In this document: positions 32,763 to 45,731 of the stretch, piece after piece | Layout: each line of letters starts with the position of its first letter | Position numbering within the stretch: position 1 is the stretch's first letter | Assembly (NCBI GenBank): GCA_010093995.1 | Contig: ML992521.1 | Span: 1 to 64,000, forward strand | DNA from: Elsinoe ampelina | Lineage: Eukaryota | Direction of reading: 5' to 3' | Length of the DNA stretch: 64,000 bases | Translations under genes and position numbers: made by a program | The notes under the pieces: generated by a model | What the model was told of the DNA's origin: nothing | Database searches by the model: none | The model's input: the letters and a program-made list of their open reading frames with translations, nothing else

Positions 32763-34463
32763 ATGGCCGAAGAAACATTTGTGGGGTCAATCGACCAAGG
32801 AACAACGTCTTCGAGGTTCTTGATCTTCAACAAGCAGGGCGAGCCCGTCGCCGTACATCAAGAGGTCAGGAACATGCTAGCACGTGAGGCGCAACCACTA
32901 ACCAGCACCAGGAATTCAAGCAGATCTTCCCAAACCCAGGCTGGCACGAGCACGACCCGGAGGAGATCATCTCCTCTGTCAACACCTGCATAGACAAAGC
33001 TGTGGAGAAGTTCACTTCGGCTGGCCACAAGCTGGAGAGCATCAAAGCCGTCGGTATCACCAATCAGCGCGAGACGACAGTAGTATGGGATCGCAAGACT
33101 GGCAAAGCGCTCTACAACGCCATTGTCTGGACTGACACGCGGACCAATGCCGTAGTACATGAGCTTAAAGCCCGCCCTGGCAGCGACAAGCTCATGGACA
33201 TTTGCGGCGAACCTCTCTCCACCTACCCCTCCGTGACCAAGCTCCTCTGGCTCCTCAAGAACATCAAAGAGGTCAAGGAAGTCTACGAGCGCGGCGACCT
33301 TGCTTTCGGCACAATTGACACCTGGCTCATCTACAAGCTCAATGGCGGCCCATCAAAAGAAGTCTTCGTCTCTGATCCAACAAACGCAAGTCGTACCATG
33401 TTTATGGACATTCACACCCTCACCTACAGCGACCACATGCGCGACTTCTTCAGCTACGAGTTCGATTTCAAGAAGATTGCTTTCCCAAAAATCGTCCGCA
33501 GTGCTGACAGTTCTGCTTATGGTGAGCTCTCATCCGGCGCGCTTAAGGGCTTCAAAATCACAGGCTGCTTGGGCGACCAGTCGGCAGCACTGGTAGGACA
33601 AAAGGGCTTCGAGGCCGGCACCGCGAAGAACACCTACGGCACCGGCTGCTTCCTTCTCTACAACTGCGGCAAAGACCCCGTCATCTCCAAGAACGGCCTG
33701 CTTAGCACAGTCGCATACGACTTTGGCCCCGAGCACGGCACACTCTACGCTCTCGAAGGCTCCATCGCAGTCGCCGGGTCAGGCGTCAAGTTCTTGGTCG
33801 ACAACTTGAACTTTGGAGTCGAGAGCAAGAAGATCACCGAGCTTGCAGGCACAGTCAACGACAACGGTGGCCTCGTCTTCGTCACTGCTTTCTCCGGTCT
33901 GTTCGCTCCCTACTGGATCGACGATGCTCAAGGCACCATGTGTAAGTCATTCCCCAGCACTTCCCTGACCACAAACAGTACCATACCAACAGTCCCATAC
34001 TTACTCCTGCCCCATCATCTGCACACAGCCACTTACTCTCCTCCCAGTCGGAATCACCCAACACACCCAACCCGCCCACATCGCCCGCGCCACCCTCGAA
34101 GCCGTCTGCTTCCAAACCAAAGCCATCCTCGACGCCATGGCCAAAGACTCCTCGCAACCCCTCGCATCCCTCAAAGTCGACGGCGGCATGTCCAGCTCGG
34201 AACTGACCATGCAAACCCAAGCCGACGTGACCGGCATCCCCATCATCCGACCCGGCATGCAAGAGACAACGGCGCTCGGTGCAGCTATTGCGGCCGGTTT
34301 GGCAGTGGGCGTGTGGAAGAATCTGAGCGAATTGGACAATGTGAACAACGAGGGGGAGACGGTGTTTGAGCGCAAGATGGAGGACAAGAAGGCCGAGAGT
34401 ATGTTTAAGAAGTGGGAACGGGCGGTGAATATGACAAAGGGATGGTTGGTGGACGATGAGTGA
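32763..34463 (+). CDS. GUT1: Glycerol kinase; introns 32865-32911 and 33942-34047
   Basis: [65 protein letters not shown] and ETTALGAA. Confidence 0.96.
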
Positions 34464-34873
34464 TTTGGTCTTCGAGCCGAGATGAAGCATGGGGATGTGA
34501 GGAGGGTGGGTAGCATTTTGTTGATAATATGAAAGAGATACCTGGATGTTGTATAGGAACGAGGAATCAATGGCTGGCACGGCATCATACTCTGTCTTCC
34601 ACTTCCGACAACGATGTGGTCCTCTCCGCGGCTAGAGGGTCACCAATGACGAGGCCATACATTTGCATTCATCGAGACCTATGCATCGATGGCAAGGCGC
34701 AATGTTGTCAATCCAAGTTGCTCTCACCTCACACACCCAGGCATCACAAGAACCCAGTCCCACCACCCACAAGGCACATCTCTCGTCTCGGTAGTTCCAA
34801 TCGAAAACACCATTCCATATGCCCCAAAGGCGTGACTATCATCATCTAATATAAACCTATTCACCATCATCAA

Positions 34874-34905
34874 CCATCCCCTGCCCATCCCCTGCCCATC
34901 CCCTC
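34874..34905. repeat. Short 11-bp tandem repeat (CCATCCCCTGC), about 3 copies
   Basis: The sequence reads ccatcccctgc ccatcccctgc ccatcccctc. Confidence 0.8.
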
Positions 34906-34980
34906 CTCATCCCCCCTCTCCTCTCCCATCCCTCACTTCCCTCCCTCCCTCCCTCGCTTTCCTGAAAGAAACATGTCATG

Positions 34981-35050
34981 ACCACCCTCCCTCCCGTCCG
35001 AAACAAAGACGCGCAACCACCCTCCCTCCCGTCCGAAACAAAGACGCGCA
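34981..35050. repeat. Perfect 35-bp tandem duplication
   Basis: ACCACCCTCCCTCCCGTCCGAAACAAAGACGCGCA occurs twice, at 34981-35015 and 35016-35050. Confidence 0.95.
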
Positions 35051-35328
35051 AAAAGTGGTATCAAGAACCCTCCTCTCCAATCCGCCCTTTTTTTTTGGAT
35101 CCCGACTCTGACCCGCCCCCACCGTGTGATTGAAAAACATGAAGACAAGAAATGAAAAAAAGATGTCGTGATATAACCCGTCGTTATCCCCTGCTTTTCC
35201 TCCACCTCCCTCTTACGCTTCTCGTCCCGTCCGAATCCTGCTCTTCCTCTTTCTTCCCAGCTGGTAGTTTCTCGTGTCTCTCTACAGCCCCGTCCAGATC
35301 CATCGCCTGCCACGACCCCAGCAGTCCT

Positions 35329-38300
35329 CTAATCCCTCTGCTCCTCCATCAAACTCTCATCCCCCGCCCCTTCCCTCCAGTCCCTACTCCGCTCATTCAA
35401 CCTCTTGATCCCCGGTATCCTCACGGCCCACAAACTCTCGCTCGGCGTCCGGTACGTGAACCCTCTCTGGCTGCTGATCACCCCTATGGCCTGCAACACC
35501 GCCTTGCGGCTATCCCGCCCGAACACGGCGGGGTGCGTGATCCACTCGAGCGCCATCTCCAGCTCCGCGTCTAGTGCGTGGATGGTGGCCGGGTCGATGC
35601 CGGCTGCCGGGGTGAAGGGGCCGGGCGCCGGTTCGGAGCGCGGCGGGGAGGGGGTGCGGCGGTCGCTTGGGGTCGAGGAGGGTTGGATGGGGGAGGACTG
35701 TTCGGAGCCGGTGTTGGAGAGATTTGGGGTAGGGGGGAGTCGGGCGGAGGGTGGGGGAGGGAGGGGTGGGAGGCCGCCTTTGCCGAGGCCTTTGAGGATG
35801 GTGCGGGTTTCGGTGAGGAGGTGGTTGGCGCGGTCGGCTTGGTTGCGGGAGACGAGCGTGAGGGCGCGCATGAGCATGTCGCTGGTTAGGAGCTCCATGC
35901 GGCGTTGGACGACAGAGGGGTGGGGTGGGATCGGGGGGGAAATGGGCTTGCCGATGCTGGCTTTGCGGGTGTTGGGGAGCATGGTGATGGCGAGGAGGGA
36001 GGGGCGGGGGAGTTGAGCGCTGGAGCCTTGGCGGAGTATGTCGCCCCATGAGAGGTCGGCTTGGATGAGGGGTACTTCTTCAACGGATGCAGTGCGCATG
36101 TCGTCGCTGTCGAGGGGGCCGCCAAGGGCTTCGAGGCCAGATACAATGGTATCCCAGGGATCGCCCGAGACTTGCTCGGGGGTTGATGTGTCGGGTGCGA
36201 TGGCGAGCTGTACGAGGATATCTCGCTTGTCGCCGAATCGAAGATCGCCAAGTGATGCTTCTGCATCTCGTCCAGTGGCGCGCTTGATGATTTGGAGCGC
36301 ACCATTGATCTTGACGAATTTTGCCGTCGAGCCTTCTGGGAGACGAAGTTTCAGACGAACGTTCTGGTGTGAAGTGCTTTGAAGAGAGCCGAGGCAGCCG
36401 GCGATGCACTCTCTGAGCATCATCCAGTCCTTGACGTAAGTGTAGGTAGCCTTTGTCCTAGTGGATAATTCGATCATGGTATCTGGCTTGTGCGTGAGAC
36501 CGAGACCGAAAGAGTGGATGGTGATTCTGGAAATGGTTAGTATGATTGAACTCTCATAAAGATGCCTGAAACTTACTTTGCAGCTTCAGCGCGAGAGACG
36601 ACAAAGTCGACGCTCTCGCTGTCTGAAGTGGCCGAGTCGCTAATGAGCAAGATGCTCGAAAGCGGATTCGACGACTTGCGCTGCATCAGCAGATCCATGG
36701 CCACGTTCGCACCCTCGACCACATCAGCTCGTAAGCTCTTCTGGCCGAGCGGCTTGATCGACTCCAGAACCTTGCCCCAGCCATTCCATGTTTTCGAGGT
36801 CATACCGACAATGGGCATGCCACCGCCTGATGATCCGAAAGTTACCAAGCCCATGCGGTCCGACTCGCCCAGGTTGTGTACGAGGAATCGCAATACGTCG
36901 CGAAGAAGAGAGATCTTCAATCCCTGCATCGAGGATGACACAGGAATGACAACCACAATGTCGAGAGGGACGTGCATGGCTGAAGAAGGTCTGATGGTGT
37001 ATGCATCGGTTCTCGAGCTTGTGGTATAGTCTGTGGGTGCAGTATAATTCGACCGACCAGCGCCATGTGATGATTGTAATGAAGAAGCTCGTCTTTTCGT
37101 TGTGTACTCATCCTCATCTGTGCCAGAGTTGTCAAGATCTTCTTCACCGTCGAATGCGGCGATCTGGTTGATGTTGACAAGCGCTCGTCGCCAGGTCTCA
37201 AGCTGATTTTGATCATTGAAGAGCAGGTGGAAGAAAGGTAATTCGGCGACCGAAAGACTCAGAGTGAGAATGGTTTGATCTGCTTGAATGTCAGATTTGT
37301 TCTGGTCGATCTCGGAGAGGACAATCTTACCATGTGAGACCTCCACCTGCTTCAAATGCTTTCTGATCAATATCGAGCCCTTGAGCGTGCACCTCGTCTT
37401 TCCGGTCCGTTGTGATGCAGAGTCGAGATATGGTGATGCCTGTGACTTTCTCTCCTTGACGCAGATCAACATTTCGGTGAAGAGATAGCAATCCAGATCT
37501 TGCCATGAATTGCGATCCTTGCCCACTCGTATGCTGCCGTGTAAGATGAGCTTGCCGAATCTCGCAAAGTCTAGACCGTGCCAGTTGTCGACCTTGTTGT
37601 GCAAATCCTCAGTCACTCTCTGCAGCACTTCGGGTGGATCCCGTGGGAAATCTATGCCGCGACTCCGTAATGACGGCTTGGGCGAAAGCATCTCCTCCGC
37701 AAGTGTGGGTGTCGGTCCTGGTGGTGGTCCTCTTATGTCTTCTGGATCTGGCCTCCATTTTCCATCCATTACTTCCACGGTGACAAGACATGTGAGACTT
37801 TGAGGCTGGCGACTTCGGCTGAGCGTTGGGAACTCGCTGCGGACTGTGACAGATGGGGGCGGTATGGGGTTCTTGCAGTTTGGTCGAGGACTGCTGACGC
37901 TCATCTCCATTGACTGTACATCGTAGTCGTGTTTCCGGCTGGTCGGAATGTGGTTGTCATAATCCACCGCAGAATGTCCACCAGTTGTGCCACTATCGTT
38001 CCGCGCATGTTGTCCATATTGGTCTGTCGATCGTACCCTGCGATAGTCGTGCTCGGAGAAGGTCTGCGAGTTGGACTGGGAGTGTAATGATCTGTTTCCC
38101 CGATAGCCAGGCTCCCACTGTCCAGAACCATGTGCTCTGGGCGATGCCGTGGAGCTCAGATGTGGTGTTCCTCTTAGGTCTGGAGTTTGTCTTATGCTTG
38201 GAGTGTTGCGCAGATCTGGGGTCTCGTGCGGTGTGAGGTTGCTGGAAAAGGCAGGGCTTTGTGAGGATCGGACAAGGAGATTTAGTTTCTCTGTGAATAT

Positions 38301-39093
38301 GTCAGTTCACCGTATGAGTTCATGCGATTGCTCGGCGACCATACCAAAGTCCAGGTTCCCCCCTCTCGTTGTGTCCAGTCCTAGCGGCGCGCTGCATGAC
38401 GGGCAATCTTGCGATTCAAACTCTTTAATATACTCGTAGAAGCATGCCTCGTGGGAGACGTGGCCGCACGATAGCTGAAGAATGCGCTCACCGCGCAATG
38501 TGTGTTCGAGTGGTTCCTCACAGGCAGCGCATTCTGCTCCGATGAATGTTCTCTCCCTCCGGCCAGTCTTTGCTTCAATCATACTGCCGAGGTCGTCCTT
38601 GTATGAAGCGGAAGAAGATCGCGCAGTTCTGGGTCGTTGATTGTATGAATGATCGGACCTGTCAAAGTGGTTGTCCCTGTCTCGGAATGGTGTTTTGGAG
38701 TCGGCACGACTTCTCAGAGACAGACGGTCGTCTTGGACGCTCGGTGGACCTGCGCGATGATGTGAGTGTCAGGCCTTCTGGAGGTGAGGAGCACTGCGAT
38801 ACACCGCAAGTGGACAGCAAACGGGCGGACAACGGTGCCAGTGGAATACTCTGGGAAAGGCCGTGTCTGGCGGTTTTGCAGCGCACAGGCGACGCACGAG
38901 CGAGGACTACAGTCACTAAGACAGGACGGAACGCACCCTTGTTCAACGGCTCGCGCGAAGGATAAACGTCGTACCAGTGGTGTTTTGGATTTTTGTGAGT
39001 AGAGGAATTCCTGGACGTTGACCTCTGCTGCGGGTACCTGCTGGAGTTTGAAGTCTGATAGCGTCCGGAAAATGGGTTGGAGAACTTTTGCAT
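35329..39093 (-). CDS. RING-H2 + PH-like + vWA protein (Far1/Ste5-type architecture); introns 38291-38344, 37280-37330, 36527-36576; 5' exon structure uncertain
   Basis: RING CAACEEPL..CGHVSHEAC..CPSC, PH-like FGKLILHG..CYLFTEMLICVKE, and vWA PLDIVVVIPVSSSMQGLK..ILLISD. The downstream exons join in frame. The start at 39093 is tentative. Confidence 0.8.
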
Positions 39094-42000
39094 TGGGCGC
39101 GATACGGAGGGGAAGGGCCCCAAAGAGATCAGGGGCTAAAGGTACTACCAGAACAGCTCTCTGGACGTCGAAGGAACAGGTACCGAAATAGGGAAGCGTC
39201 CAAGGCAATAGTTGGGACGAAGCGAGCCGCCAAAAGGTGTGGTGTCTTTGCGCCCGGACCGTGGATGGAGGAAGAGTGTGGGCTTTGGCGGGCTCTGGCA
39301 GTGGGCTCTGACACTGACACTGACACTGTGGGAAGGGTGGCCGCCACAAGCTCAGCGCAAGGCGATTGGAGGGGCGAGACGCTGCGGATGCGGGACCTGA
39401 TAGTTTTTGTGCAGAAAAAGTAAAGGAAGGAAGGTCGATGTCAAGACAACGATTCATGAGCTGTTCGTTCGTCCTTCTCAGCTTCGCTCATGGGCGATTG
39501 TTCAAGATTGCTACGCCAGGACGGCAAATTGACCAGCTGCAATTAGCACTGCTAGCACGACTCGGGCTCCTCATCTCGCGTGTCCGGATGTTGGCCCTGA
39601 CTCGAGCCGGCCCAGCGCACTAGTCCGACCAGAAGTTCAGAACACCAGGAGATGTACACCTACAGAAGCCCATTCGCAAGATCCAGGCCGGCAGTGATCC
39701 TGCCAGAATCTCATCTCACGGATCGATAGTCCTCATCTCTCTCAAATACGTGCTCAGCCTCGTCCCTTGGTTCGGTCATTGTACATGGTTGTTGTACACT
39801 ACCAGCTGAGGGCCTTATAGCACTCATCCGTCATGGGACCGTCATTGCTAGAAGAATACCATGCCATGTCACTTGGCCTGCAATATAATCCCGCAGAACT
39901 ATACAAGAATACCGCGGTGGCCATATTCGCAATCTGTTCTTATTCGCTGCCGGTGGGTGTTGGTCGGTTGAGCTTGGCTTAAAAGTGTCGATCCGGTCTT
40001 CCACCGGGCAAAGAGTCCGCTAATGGGAGGCCTCCCTGTTAGTACCCTGAAGCTAACCACAAGCCCAGGACCAGAGGACTCATAGCGCCGATCATGTTCG
40101 CTTTCGTGGTACTGCATCCGAGCTCTGTCCGTGAAAGGACATCAAGTCGAGCCCGTCCGCATTATTCATCGCTGCAGATCGTGTCGACTGCACTTCGCAT
40201 GGAGGCTGGCCCCATGCGCGTTGAGTACCGTTGCGTGTCGTTGAACCATGTGCTCTGTATTGAACGTAACGAGCGACCATGTGCGGGACAAGCATCGCGT
40301 GGCTGGAGAAGCGGTTGCACTACTGCTGTGCCCTCGTTGGAACTGGCCTCTGCCCTGCGTTCTGTCACTGTCGCCGTCATCATTATTGACATGCTCAAGG
40401 TCACTACCAGCTTCGGCGTCCAACAGATGTGATGTCACCAGTATTGAGGGCCAACCCAGATATTTCGTGTACCTACCAGCTTCTTCAACAACGACGCGGT
40501 CCGGCCTCCTGTACGAGCCCTCGACCGCGATTGCGAGACACGAGAAGCTTGGAAGATTGCAGGTGTCTTCCTCCCGGCCTTCGAAGGTGCGGATCTCCCA
40601 AACGGCGGCATTCAGCAGCCACCAAGCTCTCAACCTTGATAACGTGTCACCACCGGTGTGTGAGCTACCATCCGCCAGCCAGATTGCCCGTCTCTAGTGA
40701 ACCAATCCAAGGCTGCCAATCGATATCCAGATTGCGACTCAGTACGGCGGCACGGTCCAATTGTTCGCTGCATGCTTCAAGACTTCATTTCTTCGAGAAA
40801 CCTTGGTGTTTCCTTGATCTTCGCGGATCACTCTTAGCAGATAAGTTAGGGCTGATGGCGAGCAATGTCCGAATGGGTCTTGTCGTTCAACACGAGGGGT
40901 GCGCAACAATGCAACTCAATGGTCAGACAAGAGTGAACGTAATCGTCAAGGCTCTATTCTTGCACTCTGATTCAGCAACCACTCCTTGCCTGCACAACCC
41001 GACTCCTTGCATTCGACCTGCCCATCGTCATCACCACTCTTCTCGAACATTGGAAAATCGTGAGGTACCTACCGGAGCCGCAAAGGTCTGCAAAGAATTC
41101 GAGATGCGGACTACCAGAAAGGGTAATCACGGCCGTGCAGAAGTCCTGTATGTGTCGATCATCTGGTAGTTCTTCATCATGCACGATGTCTTCGCTCTTC
41201 AGCCTTAGTGACGAGCAAATGCCGACCAGTCATCTGCGATTCAACGCTTCGCTAAGCGACCATACGCGCCCGTTGCGAAGTATGTGTCTCTTCTACGTTG
41301 TGTCCCTTCCTCGTTACTCCCGCGCATCGCCGTTGTCTTTCTTTCGGCACTCTTGCAATTAACCTCTGAGTCAATTGGCCTTCCAGATCCTTCCATGCGC
41401 GGTCCATGGCCTCTTCATCCTCGATCTCGCGCTTCTAGATGCCATGATGCCGCGGACTTACTCCACGCCTGGACGTTGCAGATATTCAAGGTTGTACCAC
41501 GATCAGCCTTATATCACAGCGGTCTCGGCTGTTGGTATCTTTTGTTCCTTAGCCTACACTTACTTGTACAAGGCATCTTCCAATGACTGCCTGAATCACG
41601 AGAAAGTAAGTCTAGAGATGTGAGTTACTGCAGCCGACCTCGCCCATAACTACATCGATCATGAACTACGTTCGGGCTTCAACTTGTCTCACTGTCCTTC
41701 GCCATCGTCATGTACTGTACCATGATCTAGCGAGCCTGTCATCTTCTCCTTCTTGATTTGTCTCTACTGCCCCAACGGTGACAGCCACGGACTGCTTCAG
41801 GCTCACAGATCATATGAGTAAACCAATATTGGATAGCACAATCTCATTCAGCTCGTTCCAGCGAGGGATGCAAACTACCAGCCCGCGGCCCAGAATGCGG
41901 CAAGCCTTGCACCATCGCAGTTGCGGTCGGGTTGACGACTTCCATGTCATTCATGACCACATACTCGGCTCTCTTGTATTGTGAATGTCGATTTCCGGCA

Positions 42001-42187
42001 GTAGAGAGATTCGAGGAGTAGCGCCACGAAGGACCGTAGATAGCTGACGTCGGGAGGCATGTGATGCTCATCTGGGTAGTCTCGCGTTTGAGCCTCCCGA
42101 ATTTGCGCCGGAAATGTGAGCCACTCAACATGACCAAATGCAAATGCTGTGATACTTCAATGCCACTACTATGATCACCTTTCACTT

Positions 42188-45100
42188 ATGGACATTCGCA
42201 GTGCTGCTTTTCAGCGAGTAAGCTCTCATCCATCATACAACTGATATAGTTTGACTGATTCTACAAAGCTCAAACCAGTATGCGTCGAATTGAATCAAGC
42301 AGTCCTTGATGTACAAGGTCGCTCAGGTAATCCGGCACATGTCACAGAGCGACTTCATAGATTGCGTACGACTCTTGGCCAACTACCTCAACAGTCTCTC
42401 GATAGCAAGCTCGCTGAATATGTCTTCGTCCCTTTATCACATGTCCTGAGGTTGACCCAGTCGCTGCCGTTCGAGGCCGTCGAACTGACCTTTGAATGTC
42501 TGGCCGTACTCCTTCGAGACGGCTGGCGTGAGAAAGTCGTCGGCCCACTGGCAGCACAGCTACTGATACTTTTCACCATCACTGTGGACAAGTCAAAGCC
42601 AACGTCTGGGTCAGGACCAGCCAAGAACGCTTCACGCCTGCATGATGGCGGCCCTTCGCAAGCTCTGCTTGTGGCGGTACTCTCCTGTCTAGAACATCTA
42701 CTTCATGGCCTAAGCAGCACCGAGAAAGGAAGAGCACAACTACTGGAATCAAGCACGGTACCGAATCTTGGTCAAAGTGTCGTCGTCATTCTAGAGGTGC
42801 TGGTTTTTTCCGATCAAGCAGCTACCCAAGTCGCTGCTAGCAAGGCCCTCGATAGCCTTGTCCGAAGCATTGGACATGATCACCAGACCCTGGCAAGCTT
42901 TCTTCCTGGCATCGTCTCATCCTTGACAAAGGTCCTCACTCCGAGCACTCAGATACGGCGGTCATGGAAAGTTCTCAGCAACAGCCTTCGAACTCTGAAA
43001 CTCCTGCTGCTCGGGACAGTATGCAACAACGCTGCAGTGGAAGCTGGTATCACCTTGACCACTCCATCAGAAAACCCCGGACTAGACATGGATACAGCTG
43101 CTTCAGGAGACCGCAACAAGGGTAATACTACACTGCAGGACAGTACACGAAGCGCCACAGCACCAAAGCTGGGTCGACCATGGCTAGAGGCCACTGCAGG
43201 CCAACTCAAACTAGCACTGGCGAACATCAACAGATTACACTCCCATGATCGTCAAGAAATCAGACTCGATCTTTTTGACCTCTATTTAACCATCGTCCGC
43301 GACTGCTCTCAAACTCTCCCGAACTGCCGGCAAATGTGCTTGGAGGTCCTTACCATTCTCTCCGAGGATTCGGCCGCTGGCGACTCCAAGGCTCAACTTT
43401 ACGAAGCTCTGAGGACAACAGCAGACCTTTCAAACAGTCTACAGTCGACGCTAAGAGATTGGGCTGTCTCTTTGCCTCGAGTTCTTGGAGGTGCCGACGA
43501 GGATAAGAAGAATCGTCGCTTGAAGCAGCTGTTCACTGCATACAACATGCTAGTAGACAGCGGACAGGAGACTCGTACGGTTGAGGATCTGATTATTGTA
43601 GAGCTCCCCGAGTTTGTCAACACGATTCTAGGAAACAGGGTTGGAACTCGTTCGACCATTTCCGAGGTGCCTACCGTCCGCTTGGATGATCTTCCTATCA
43701 TGTTGCACGGTCGAGGGTCCTTGACATTTGCAGATCCCCTGTCAAGCAACGTACATCAGCTTTCATTACTCCGTTCGATACAGCGCCAATTGCAACACCT
43801 GTCCGATGTCGATCGTTTGGCAGCTGTTGCCGAGGCATTTGGCTCACTGGTCAGAACTACGGAAGGAAATCTCCGAACTTCTGCTTTTTACCTTGCTCTA
43901 TCCTCTTTGCGTACCACTTCCGACGCCGACGCCTTGTTCAACCTAGACACGTCACCATGGCGGGATGACTTGCTTGCAGATCTGTATGACTTTTCAGTCT
44001 CGATCTTGACCGCTGGCGACCCAAACGACAGCCGGAACACCCTGTTAGCGATCGAGACTGTCGCAATGCAATCCACGGCATTAGGTCAAGCATTCAGGCC
44101 TGAGCTGCTCGACGTTTTGTACCCTGTCCTGTCCTTCCTCGCCCCGTCAGATCCCCGGATCACCAATCATGCCATCACCTGTCTGAATATCATGGCTCAA
44201 TCCTGCGAGTACGCGTCCGTCAAGGATCTCGTTGCTGAAAACGCAGACTACATCACGAATTCCATTGCGCTCAAGCTCAACGCATTCGAGGTAGACCCAG
44301 AAGCTCCTCAGGTCCTGGTGATTGCTGTGAATCTTGCAGGGTCAGATCTGGTTCCTTATCTCGGAGACACTGTTGACTCGATCTTCGCCATTCTGGACGA
44401 CTATCATGGGTACGAGAAGCTAGTCGAGCTGCTCTTCGGTGCCCTGCGAGCCATAGCCAAGCAAGGCGCACAAGAGCCACGACTACAAATCGAAGGCTCA
44501 AAAGCGAAGGAAAGCTCATCCTACCAACCATACTGGACGCCCACTAAAGACATCGCATCTCTCGCCATCCGCCTCAAGGAGAGGAAAGCCAAGCGTATGT
44601 CATCCCCTGCTTTTCCTTCCCTCGACCTCCTCCCATCTTTCACCGTCTTCCCTCCACTGTCTTCAACCACATACTAACCCCCCTTCAGACCTACCCTTAC
44701 CCCCCGATGATTCCCCCAACGGACCCCCCGACGACCCCCCAATCTCCATCCCCCCCTCCTCCCCTCCCCTTTCTTCCCCCCCTCTCCCCTCGGACGCCAC
44801 CCCCGTCCTCCCCGCCCCCCAAACCTACCCCCTCCTCCTCCGCATCTCCTCCTTAACAGCACACTACCTCCCCTCCCCCTCCCCCTCCCTCCGTCTCTCC
44901 CTTTTGACTCTCCTCTCCGACATCCTCCCCTCCCTCGCCGCCCACGAAGACAGTTTCCTCCCGCTCGTCAATACTCTGTGGCCTGAGATCGTGAGCCGGC
45001 TTAGGGATGAAGAGCCGGGTATCGTGGCTGCTGCTCTTAGGGTGATTGAAGGCATGGGCAGGGAGGCAGGCGGGTTCATGAGGGGCAGGGTGAGGGATGT

Positions 45101-45542
45101 TTGGCCTGAGTTGGTGAGAGTTGGGGGGAGGGTGATGAGGGAGGTGGATGGGGATGCAGCTGATACGAGACGGGGAGGAGGGGCAGGGAGAGGAGTCGGG
45201 AGGGAAGTGGAAGTGAGGGATAAGACTGGTATGGCGGTGGGGTTGACCAGACGTATGGAGGTGGGGTACGTGGATCCTAGTGTCAAGGGCATGTGGGCGG
45301 CGCTGAAAGGGGTGATGGTTGTTGCGGTTAGGGACGTGGGTATTGGGGAGGATATGTTCGAGGACGCACTTGGTTTGTTAGGGCCGGTTGAGGGAATGGA
45401 TGAGGAGGAGAGGAGGGTGCTGGAGGGGGTGATTGTGGGGGCGGTGTGGTTGGCGAGGTATAAGGAGGGGATGAAGCTGGATGTGCCTGAACGGATAAGG
45501 GAGACGGTGGGAATGTATAGGTGGGCTGGCGTCACGGCGTAG
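42188..45542 (+). CDS. TTI1: TEL2-interacting protein 1 (TTT complex HEAT-repeat subunit); introns 42218-42268 and 44595-44688
   Basis: Spliced N-terminus MDIRSAAFQRLKPVCVEL, and motifs LAEYVFVPLSH, LASFLPGIVSSLTK, ENADYITNSIALKL, LDDYHGY and FLPLVNTLWP. Confidence 0.85.
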
Positions 45543-45731
45543 GGCATTGCAAAGAAAGTGTGGGATAGACTAATTCTGCCGTGTACAATATCCTACATGT
45601 GGTATGGCTACTTCTCCACAACCGAGCAATCTGCTTCCCGTCCTCCCCTGCCCCTGTCCACAATATCATCCCATATTCCATGTCCTACATCCCATTCTTC
45701 TTCTCCTTCTCTTACCCCCCCTGTCCCTCCC

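Noticed and set aside
34981..35050. Direct repeat considered as CRISPR or transposon end
   Set aside because: It is two adjacent copies with no spacer, TIR, TSD or transposase, in a eukaryotic context.
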